Of a stretch of 63,871 bases of DNA, positions 41,701 to 53,700 are shown in pieces. Position 1 is the first letter of the stretch. Every line of letters begins with the position of its first letter. The notes beneath the pieces were generated by a model, which saw nothing but the letters and a program-made list of their open reading frames with translations, searched no databases and had not been told where the DNA came from. The stretch comes from Lytechinus pictus (Eukaryota): positions 13,950,001-14,013,871 of the forward strand of contig NC_087252.1 of NCBI RefSeq assembly GCF_037042905.1, given 5' to 3'. Position numbers and translations under genes: made by a program.

Positions 41701-44700
41701 TCATTAAAATGAGTGCTGTAACCAACTCATGAAACTATATGATAACTTGTCCCCATGCATTTAAGTGTAGGCATCAAGATTATTTCTAACAGGTAGACAT
41801 TTTATGTAACAGTAGTCACTTTAGAACCCATTTTTTAAAGCAAACTTGGATTTTAAGGCAAAATGGATAGCTGCATATCATGGTAACCAGTCCCAAAGTA
41901 TTGTTTGACTCTTGAAACCCTAGTGTAGACACCAAAATAATATCCCCAAGGTGTATTTATAATGTTCTACATCCACTTTTAAGTAACAGCAGTCATTTAA
42001 GACCCCCATTTTAAAATCCATCTTTGATTTTTGGACATACCTGACACCTGACTGCCCTTTCAACTTAACCCAATGTATTGCTTGACCCGGTAAACTCTAG
42101 TATAGACAGCAAAATCATACCTCTATGGTGTATTTATAATAAACTATGCATACTTTTAAACAGCAACAGTCAATTTACACTCCATTTTTAAAGTAATCTT
42201 GGATTTTTTAACATACAGACAACTGACTGGTCTTGTAACTTACCTAGTGTATTACTTGACCCTTTTAAACCATGCTTTTAACACCAAACTCATATTCCCC
42301 AGACAGATATTAAACAAACTATGTCCTTATATAAGTAACATCAGACATTTTTTACTCCATTTTTGGGAAGCCATCTTGTAATTTTGGACATACTAGACCA
42401 CTGACTGCCATTGTCTTGTCCTAATATATAATTTGACCCTTGAAATCATAGTTTAGACACCGAAATCATATCTCACAGGCGGATTTAAAACGAGCTCTGC
42501 CACTTTACGTATCAACAGCCATTTTAGAATCAAGTTTTGGAAGCCATATTGGATTTTTGGTCATACCAGACTAATGCCTGGCCTTAAAACATGTCCTAAT
42601 GTATTATTTTGGCCCTTAAACCAGTGGTTTAGACACCAAAATTGCATCTCCCATGCCGATATGAAATAAGCTATGTCCGCTTTATGCATCATCAGCAACA
42701 TATTTTTAAAGAATAATTTTTGGACGCCATCTTCGATTTTTGGACATATCAGACCATTGACTGTCCTTGTAACTTATCCTAATATATTATTTGACCATTG
42801 AAACCAGTGGTTTGGACATCAAAAACAAATATCCCAGGCCATAATGAAATGAACTATGTCCGCTTTAAGTATTAGCAGCCATTTCAGAATCAATTTTTAG
42901 AATTCATCGAGGATTTTTGCACATGCCAGCCCACTGACTTTCCTTGTAACTTGTCCCAATGTATTATTTGACCCATTTAACCCATGTATAGACAAAAAAA
43001 AAACAACACATTTCTGGACATTGAGCAAACTATGTCGTTTTTTTTAAGTAGCAACAGCAATTTTCGACTCCATTTTTGGAAGCCATCTTGGATTTTTTAA
43101 CATACTGGACCACTGACTGTCCTTGTAACTTGTCCCAATGTCTTATGTCCCAATGTCTTGACCATTGAAATCATGGTCTAGACACCAAAATCCTTATGTC
43201 CCAGGCGGATATGAAATGAACTATGTCCATTTTAATTATCAACAGCCATTTTAAACTCCATTTTTGGAAGCCATCTTGGATTTTTGGACACACCAGACCA
43301 CTGGCTGTCCATGTAGCTTGTTTCAATGTACTATTTCACCCAAAACCATTGAATAAAAAACAAACTTAGATGAATTTTGGATTTTCAGCCCATGGCAGCC
43401 ATTTTGGGCGCCATCTTGGATTTTCCTGGTACCCTGGAGGGCTTATAATTCTTTCTTGCCTAAATCAATTTTTGTACCACCAGACCATGGAATATGGACC
43501 GAAATAGGATTCTAGGGTGGATAATGTGTCATTTGTATCGATTTTCAGTGAATGGCGGCCATCTTGGACGCCATCTTGAAAATAACCCCTTTCCCGGATG
43601 CGGATTTTGGTAGATTTTTAGTATGTTATTCCTGAGGTCAAATAGTACAAAATACCGTTGAAAAATCATTTGTTGCAATTAGTTCCGGGTAAGGCTATTT
43701 TTGGTCGTATATTGACCCGTCTATTGAGTGTATCTATCAAAACTGTACACGTGAAAGAGTGTACCATAGACCGTATTTTAGAAACAAAATAACTGAGCTT
43801 CTAGCGGATTATAAAACTTTATTTTCACAAATCCAGTGTTCAAAGTCACCCCGTCATGGTGACTTTAACACAAAAATATTATACTGATTGAATGAAATTA
43901 TGCCTTTGTAGTTATTTGATCTCGACCTACATTGTATTAATAAACATTTACCCCTAATTTGTACATATCGGCCTTACTGTCTTATACTGTATGTTTAGAA
44001 ATGAAATGAAATTTAATAATAAAGCTAAGCAAAACAAAATGCTGCTCATTTTGTCAGCAACTTCTCAAAGGCTTTCACAAGTGTAAGTATACTTGTTCAT
44101 GACACATATGTCACCATGATGTTTATGCACGCTCAGAGGCCATTTGGAAAATAGCTTTGCATATGGTACAATCCGGTACTCACGAGTTGGTTCAAGGATA
44201 TATGCCAAGACATGGGTGTCAAAGCATTGAATATGCATGCACTTCACTATAAACATTGTATTTCCTTCAAAGAGGAAAATGCCCTCAACAAGTCCGAACT
44301 GTGGCATGTCATCTTGGTAAGCCAAAACCAGACAGCAACCACATCTATAGTCACGACCCAAAATCACAACATCGTTTGTCCCGTACACACGGAAGTTCTC
44401 GTCCATTTCATGACCAAGGATATCAGTCATGGATGCAACAAGGTGAGGAAATGCTTCTTGGAAGACAACAGTATCTCCTTCCTTGACGATGTCACCTGCA
44501 TATAGGAAGGACTCTGATCTTTTACCATTTGTGGCACCATGTTGTTTGTAACACATGTACTTTTGGTGTTTAGTGCTTATGCTCAAAGGCAAATTTTTGA
44601 AGCATCTCCATTTCTTTGTCTTGAAAAAGCCATGTTTGGCTTCAAAGCGCATACACCAGTGGTTCCTCAAGGGACCATACTGCACAAGCTGTTCCGGCAA

Positions 44701-47700
44701 ATGCAAGCAATAGTGCATTTTTGGAATGACCCGTGCCCTTGGATAGAGAGACACAAATTTTGTGTGATGTTCATACGTCAATTGTCTTAGAAGTGCTGCA
44801 GTAGTCAACATACAAGTTGGGGATGTGGCAAGAAGGGTCATTTGAACAAGCCTGAGAAAATTGAGCCATTTTTCATTCATCTTTGGTACTTTATCAGCAA
44901 CAACCAGAGGAAGGATAGTAATAAGGGTCATCATTGCTGCAGATGTCTGTTTGATTCTGCCCTTATCCTTGAGGGAATTAGCATCAATTATTTCTGGACG
45001 GGCTGCACACTCCAAATAGGTGTATGGGAAAGAAAGAATTTTGAAATTGAGCCACTTCAAGGTGAAATACTTGGACTCTTTAACAAAATCTGTAAGCAAA
45101 AGCTTGAGCTCATATGGGACTAAGCCTTCAAGCAAAATGTGCATGGGGTCTTGTACAAAACCTGAGCAAAGTTTGAAATCAGGAATTTCAGACAGACAGC
45201 TTCTGGTGTTCACACCCCATTCCTTGCTCCAGTATGTTTTTGCTTCTTTAGATAGGGGTGATTCTAGGGCATCACATCTCCTTTTATGTTCTTCCTCATC
45301 CCTCTTCCTAAAGTTGATATCGACAAACTCTCTTTGCATTTCAACTTGTGTAGCCTCACATTCTCTGCATGCCTTGTGGGCAAATCCAACACCTTCTTTG
45401 AAGCCAGCAAGCCATTGTGCTGCAAGGGTGTCACATGGCACAATGACAAGATTTCCTTCAATGAGCACTTGCTCACCATTTATTTCAACATTGATTCCTC
45501 CACTTGACAATGACCTCACTGTTGTGATGAATTCATCCAACAAAGATTGAGGCCCATACTTCCTAATATCCTTTGCTTTAGCAACACCCAAAAGTTGTAT
45601 GGCATGTAGTCCTGATCTCAATTCTGGGGGAATGTTTGCAAGAGTGAAGTAAAACATACTCAGTTTGTGTTTCTTTGTGTGAGAGCCAATTGGGTTGACA
45701 ATTTCAATGTCATCTGTGTTGAGGATTATTTGAAGGGCTTTTGGGTTTCTGCTGAATAAGTCATTAGACTTGACGTAATTTCCATCTCCAATGTCACACA
45801 TGAAACCAGAAGAACTTGCATGCCCATTGTTTACATACTTCCATATTTCTGGCACATGAAGCAAATTAACAATGCTCTCCAAAAAAGGAATCTTATACGC
45901 TGTGACATCTTTCTTCACAAGTCTGCCCTTAACAGTAACATATCGTTCACCAAGTTTAACTGCAGCTGGTGGGATGTACGACAATTCTTTCTTGTAAAAT
46001 GAGTCTCTGGACCTCTTTGTTGTTAAATCATGCAAAGGTGTTGACGAGTTGGGTCTCTTGATGGAGTTTACCACTTCTGCAGAAACATTTGCATTTGATA
46101 ACATGTTGCAAATTTGTGCATTATTTTTGGATAACTGTTCATAAACCACATTAACAACAGACTCAATAATCTTATTCACTGATTTTTCAGATAGATTATG
46201 TTCACATTCCAGAGCTAGTGTAAATGAAGCAGCATTCAATTTCTCAACACTAGTCTGTGACATTCTCACATCTTGATTTTCTGCAGCATGCACATCAACA
46301 CCATCATTCTCCCCATCATCAGGAACGTCCTCATCTCTTTCGATACCACCATTATCAATTACATCCTTGTGCTTTCGACAAACATGAGCTTTGAATGCTC
46401 CCCATGATTTGCTTGAATACAAACAATCAGGGACACTGCAACAAACTAAAAAATTTGGATCATGCTGATGTAAACGAACCACATGAGAAACGAATTTATC
46501 ATATGAATTGCAGGCAAAGCAGCACATATAACATTTGAAATTCTGCTCATCACCTGGACCAACCATTTCAGCCATTTTGCATGATGTAGAAAATGGAGCA
46601 GTCAATTTAAATTGTGACAGTGTGAGTGCAACAAGCAACATTAATAATTAATATTTTATCAGCCATGAACGTACCTGAGCTAAGAATAAATATTGCCACT
46701 TCAGCAACAAAACTTAGACCTAGACCTAGGCTAGGCCTATCTCCACACTCTTCCAAATTCAAACAATATTCCAAGAAAGTCAGACTCAAAGTCAACTCAA
46801 ACCCATTTTCAGTGGCAGTGATTCAATAAATTAAGAGTCTTTAACTAAGACTTTAAAGTTTTAATAGACCGATTAGACTTAATTGCTACATGATGTATGT
46901 ACTTTAGTTCAGATAGACGTGTGCTTAATGAGACTAAGCTAAGTTAATTCCAATTCCTGAGAAGTTTCAGAAGCACCCCAGCGGGGCCCAGGCTATAGAC
47001 TAGTCTATAGACTGCGAAGACTATCTAACGTTAGAGACTAGAGACTAGAGTAAGACCAAGCAAAAGACCTAGTCCGAGACCCGAATACGGAATAGGCCTA
47101 GACCAAGTTACTGATTAGAGTCATAGAGATCGATCTAACTTGCATGTACTGAGGCCGAGATCTGTAAAGACTAATTAGCCTACTAAGGCTAAGCCACTAA
47201 CAGTTAGAACATCTCTAAGCTAGCGTTAGCTCTACTGAAATAACTACTCTCACTGGCCCGCGGCGCGGCTGACACGTAGACCTATAATGATGTAGATCTA
47301 CTGTACACTGACAGCTCAAAACTCAATACATTTATTGCTTCTCTTTACGGTTTAACATTTTAAGAATATTCGTAAAAATTATGAGTCCATGTACTATTGG
47401 TAATATTTTTGACTTGTTGATCAAATTCATAAACTTACATTAAAAGATTGACAGGATTTCCCGCAGATTACACCAGGGCCCCGTTGCATAAAGCTTTTGC
47501 CAGACTTATTTTTGCCATAGTTTTTCTATGGCAAAAACCTTAGTTTTTTGCCAGAGTTTCAAATTCGGTCAAAATTTCATGGCAAAAAAACTCTGGCAAA
47601 CTTTTGCCAGAGTTTTTTAAGTTGCCAGAGTTTTTTAAGATTGAATAAACTTGAACGAGGATGAACGCCGATATCAGCCGATATCGCGATCGGTATCTGC

Positions 47701-50700
47701 GGCTGCTGAAAAAATCATGGAGACTCCATATAACGGTAAGCTTGATATTTTTTAAATGAAATGTGTTGATATTTGCTATTTTTATCATTATAAGTCGATT
47801 AATTAGTTGCAAAAATATCTGTGTATTGTTTTGAATCCGTGCTCGCACCGTGAAAGTGAGATTCACGATTTTTTTACACGTTTGAATCGTCCCATTTTTG
47901 TGTCGCAAGCGCCTGCGGGGTCTGCCTCTCGGCCATGTCTATTGCCGCCGGAGCTTCGGCATGGTGATGTGACCGCGCTGGTCGCACTTGGTGCGCCAAC
48001 AGCTGAAACCACCAACTGCATCGACACGTTTGGAAAGCTTATTTATCGTATTTCTCTTGCTATGATCACACATTCTACATTATGATTAGTATCAGTAAAT
48101 GAAAATTTCATGTTGTTCAAATCAATTTTTCATGTTAGAATTGAATTGAATGCAAAGCCAAAGTTGCAAACTTTGGACCACCGTCACTGTCGGTCGTTAC
48201 CAAGTCAGACAAGTTGAATTGAAGTTGGTTAGATTCTAGACCTACAACAACAGTTAGATCGAATTTTCAGATCTAACTTTAGGCATAGAATCAACATTCT
48301 TGATCTAAGTTAACTTTTTCTGAAGAAGTTGAGACTTCAGTCAATCAGTTTGAGGGCTCCACCGTGAAGCCCCTGACTGAATGCCTGAGGCTGAGTGAGG
48401 TACATGTTCTATTATTAGTATTACTATTTACGTAGGCCCTTAAAAAAGGTGCGTAGCTGTAGAGCTAGAGGTAGTAGAGCTAGATTAATGGTTGGCGCAT
48501 AGACTCTCTTCTACCAGGTGCAGATCTAGAGCCTGTGTCTTTACTTAGTACAGTACTACAGGGCGCGAATTGGCACTAGGGCCTACAGTGCAGTGCTGCA
48601 ATCCAACAATTTTGACAACTCTGAATGGTGGCTTTAATTTCTCCCTTAAAAATTTGAAATAAAATAGGGGGGGAGGCAGTCGTACCAATTGACCCCCTTT
48701 CCCTGGATCTGCTATAGGTGACCCCACATGAAATTGCGACATCATGATCATGAACAGTACTTAGCGTAATGTGCCAAAAATTTTGAGGGGGCCTGACACT
48801 GACAATGGCGTAGGGGGCAAATCTTAAAAACTGAGCAATCCAAATTTTTTACACTTTTTTAAATACAAAAAAAAAAAAATGTACGCCAGTGAACGTGAAT
48901 CTATACAGTGGCTAGAGATTAAAAATTGGGCTCAATTTAAAGCTTGTTATAATCCAACACTCTGCAATTTATTTCAATTAATTGAAATTAATGATCTGAT
49001 GACCACTAAAGTAAAAATCTTGAAAATCCTTCATAAAAAAATTCTTGCAGAGAAACAAATCATATATATAATGTTATTTTGGGGCTGAATGGAGACTATG
49101 GGATTGTTGTATTAGTATTAACATGCATTACTATGTTTTTTAAGGGGCTAGAATTTTGATTTTGGTCTCAATTGCATATAACATCATTGATTATTTGTTT
49201 AAGATAGAAAATAAAAAATGATTTAAAAATTGCAGTTTTGGAATTTGGATATTCTAAGTTCATATAAATTTGCATATTATGTTGAAGAAATGAACAAATC
49301 CCTTTAGGTTATTTATCATCTGAAAGGGAATTTCAATGATCAATCCAAATATTTTTTTCCAGTTTGTACTGAGCTAATTTTTTCTGTTAAGTTTGAATCA
49401 CTGTAATAAGTCCAACAATTGGAATCAACCATCAAAATGTCCTATCCTAGTAATGGTTTAATTCACCGGCACAAACATATTAGTATATATTCATTTGATA
49501 ATTTATACTGAAAGTAATCTCAATGCAAATATTTGTGTGACTTTATCTAGTCTTAATTTGTGACTCTCTAATAGGATTATTTATTTTCTCATTCAATATC
49601 TAACAGCTTAAATAGTTGAGGTATATACACTGGAGCAACTCAAGTGCATGTGTGACTTTTTGAGAAGAAACCACACAAGGCTGTTGGTTAGCAATCACCA
49701 TGTAAAAGGGTAAGATATACAGCTTAATTTCAAATTAGCCAAAATTCTAATTGCTACCATTTTAAGTATTTATAGACAGGCTTATATTTTATGTTGGTAA
49801 TCTCGATGCAAAGTTTCTCAAAGTGAAAATAATATTTATGAAGAAGAAGTCATTACTGCCTGATAATGTCGAACATAAAGTAGTTATAAAATACAATTTT
49901 TAAAAAAGGTTTCGTCTTCTTGAATAGAAAGAAAAAAAATTGTTTCAGGCATATTTGAAATGAGTAAGAATCCTCATGTTGATTATTTAATTTATACAAC
50001 CCCCCCTCCCCCCCCCAAAAAAAAATAGAAAATGTACCTAATCTCACCTGGCTATGCTAGTGATTGTGTAGACCTGAATCAATAATAGTTAAGTTCATTT
50101 AATTACCTCTTGCAATTCTTTGAAAATTATTATTGATTTTGATTTTTTTTGTCTTTGATATGTCCATTGGAAATGATGAAATCTTATTTTCTTACAATTA
50201 CAAGTTTTGATTTAGATTTTCATGGAATAAAACTGAAAGAGTACAACACATCTTTCTTATAAATTCCTGATTTGAACTCTAGTTACATTAATAGATTGCA
50301 ATTTTAAATTTTGATAACTTACAAAGTAGATAAATAATATTAATTATATGCCATGAAATGAGATTTTTGTCAAATAAATTTAGACAATCTTGACAAAGTG
50401 CAGAGTGTCTTTTCAATTAATATATAGCATATACCTATTTTATGATTTGTTTGTGTTTGCATTTTAAATAAAGGTTTGCAGAAACCAGACAGAGAGCCTG
50501 TGTGGAGATGCTATTGGCTGCCCAGGTCGGACTGCCTCCAACCTGAGGCGGTCTTGGAGTGATCTAACAAAAGAGTGAATGATTATGCTAGGAATCAGAC
50601 AAAGACTGGTATGTATTTTTATTTATAAGAGTAAAGAATATATTTTATATGCATCAAGAAGAATTAAAGATCACTATCTCTTAAATTTTATTTTGTTGTA

Positions 50701-53700
50701 ATTGTCATGCAACTAATCCAAAATATCTATAATTTTTTTACATCCACCCATCAGAGGTGGGTCCGAGGACAGGTTTTGGGGTTGTCTGGCCATCCTGTCT
50801 TTCTTAAATTATTCTGATAAGTAAAGAACTGTTTGATTTTAAACTTTGTCCAAGAATGCATGTAGGATTGATTATACTTTAATTATTTTGAGGGTATCAA
50901 GGTCACCTGAATATACATCGTTCCTGTGATAAATAAAGAACCCTTTGATGGTTCAACTTCAACTTGGCAAATATATATTTGGGAGTGACAATGATCAGGT
51001 TAGGTCAAATGTAAAAATTAACCAGAGATGGTTGGCAAATTTGTGTGTTTAATATTTTTATCTTTTGATGTTGCAATGGCGGATGCATAAATTTCTAAAC
51101 TTACAAATGTACCCCCATGATCCTCAACGGGTTAAGGATTGGTGTCACGGCTAAATACTAATTAAAAAACAAGTATTATTCTTTGTCTATTTCAGTCATT
51201 CAGTAATTAAATTGCTGCATTTGTGGAAAACTTCATAACTGAACAGTTCTGTGTGTAGTGACTTCAAAATTTGTTATTGACAGATTCTTCTTTGGCCTAG
51301 ATCCCCTGTGTTTGTGGGGGGGGGGGGTAGGCACAGATCTGGGGGGGGGGTACACCCCCCAAAAAATTGTTGAAAGTACTGTGTATATATGCAAGTGATG
51401 ACCAGTTTTTTGGGGGTTGTCAACATTTTCTGGACAAAAGTGCCCCTCCTTTTGGAAATTCCTGGATCTGCGCCTGGGGTGAGGCGAGTCAAAATCACCC
51501 TTCATAGTTTTTTTTTAAGATCCTCCTGCTGTGATCCCTGTTTGCATGGAGAACATTTATAATTGTGGCATTACTGCACTTTGTTAAATCTTTAGGTGGT
51601 AAAGTGAAGCCAAATATGGAGATTGTGCTGGCAGCCATGAGGGACAAGGCCAAGCATTGGGTCCATGGCCAGGAGACCGAGACTGGGGCATCTGAGCAAC
51701 TGGTTAGTTTTACATAAAAGATTTATCACACAAAGTCATAACAAAGTTGAAAATATATATACCTAAGGATCATTTCATTAATTTTGCTATATTCTTTCAT
51801 TCATTTTCTCGAGAAATGAGCATAATTTCGATTGAAATTTGTACAAGATGGTTCTCCCTATAGAAATAGGTAAACTGGTTTACAATGAAAAATTCAGATT
51901 TTTTAAAAGCTAGAATAATTATCCCTAACCCATAGAATTCCTATCATTCATTTTGAATTAATTAAATCTGAATTTTAACGGGGATAGTTCTTCTTTCCTC
52001 ATGAAAATTTCTGCAAGGAATAGTAAGTAGCTTCAACTACTATTGCCAGATTGAGGGATTTTTGTTCAGAGTTGGTAAATGATTTAAGATTTCCAAAATG
52101 AAATAAAAATGTTGAATCATAGTAAGTCAATTTAAAAAAAATCAATGCGGAATGGTTTGAAGATGTAATTAAAGTTAAGTCAAAAATTATTTTCTTGATG
52201 TACAGCTTTCACATAAGGCAGCCTGCTTCTGGACATGGGGAAGCCAGAGGAGGAAAAGGAGGTTGAGGCGGAACCTCAAGCTGTTCCCGAGGCACCATTG
52301 ACATCCAGGGTAGATGGGGTCTACCGGTAGTTGATTGTGTAGGACACCAAGATGACACCCAGCAAAAGAGAAGAGAAGGTGCTCTTCCTGTTATGACCAG
52401 CACACCAAGTACCAGGAGCATGGATCTGCAGCAAGTTCAGCAGGAGACGCTCAGAATGCAGCAAGCTATGCTGCAAACATTTAAAATCATCCATGTTGAT
52501 TTTTGTAATTATCCACAATTGTTTGCAGCAGTTTGTTAATGGAAATCAGTAGTAACATTAAACAATGCAACTTTCTCTGCATTTTTTTTTTACTGGAAAC
52601 CTGTTGAATATTGTTTTAGAAAATGAAGTAAATCACCTTGAACTTTGGAAATTTCCGAAAGCATATATTTTAGCAAGTAATATGAAAATGAGATATACCA
52701 TGGTCACATTTGGTGGCCTTACGGCTAGTCGAAATCAGTCGTTTTATGTATTACTATACAAACCACCTACATGAAGCTGGTACAAGGATGAGTAAAATGG
52801 CTGATTTTGACTCGCCATAATGCCACCGGCTGGCAAATGTGACCTAGACATAAGTTGTTGATGTCATTGTCTCATAATTTTGAACAAAAAAATGACAAAG
52901 ACTACATTCTTCAGGATTGAGAAAGTTAAACTTGAACTTTATTCTCATCTCAGTAGATAGAAGATAATGTTATTCATTCAATACTGCGGTAGAATTTGAA
53001 CAAATGCCTTGCAATGCAAAATAAAAATTTAGGTTCTGAAATCTTGATGGGAATCCCTGTGCAAGAACAGTATTAAAGTTTTTCAATTAAATTCAAAGTA
53101 TTATAATGGTTCATAACGAGTTCTTAATAAGTGATTGCGAATAAAATTATTTTAAATGTATAATTCAATGAGAAATAAATTGTTTAAAAGAGGATAAATT
53201 GCGAGAGAAGAGATAGAAAAAGAAAGAAAGTATTAAGAAAGAGACGTCTGAGTTGTGTGATCGTAATTTAATTGAGAAAAGAAAACTGTTCTTAATAAGT
53301 GATAAGTTTTTCCCTATTCTCGCTTGCAAATAAAATTATTTTAAATGTATAATTCTATGAGAAATAAATTGTTTAAAAGAGGATAAATTGCGAGAGAAAG
53401 AGATAGAAAAAGAATGAAAGTATTAAGAAAGAGACATCTGAGTTGTGTGATCGTAACTTAATTGAGAGAAGAAAACTGTTCTTAAGTGATAAGTGTTCCC
53501 CATTCTCAATTGCAAATTAAATTATTTTAAATATATAATTCAGAATTAAATTGTTTAAAATGGAGAAAGGGAGAGAGAAGAGGAAGAAAAAGAAAGGAGA
53601 ATTATTAAGAAAGAGATGTATGATTTGTGTGACTGATATTTTAATTGACAGTAGAAAAAAAATGATTTAACCTTTAGGTTGGCCTCCGACTATAAAAATA

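Noticed and set aside
44212-46002. Plus-strand ORFs overlapping the transposase (and similar ones over the L2 and Ig exons)
   Set aside because: Antisense shadows of real coding sequence with no recognisable motifs.
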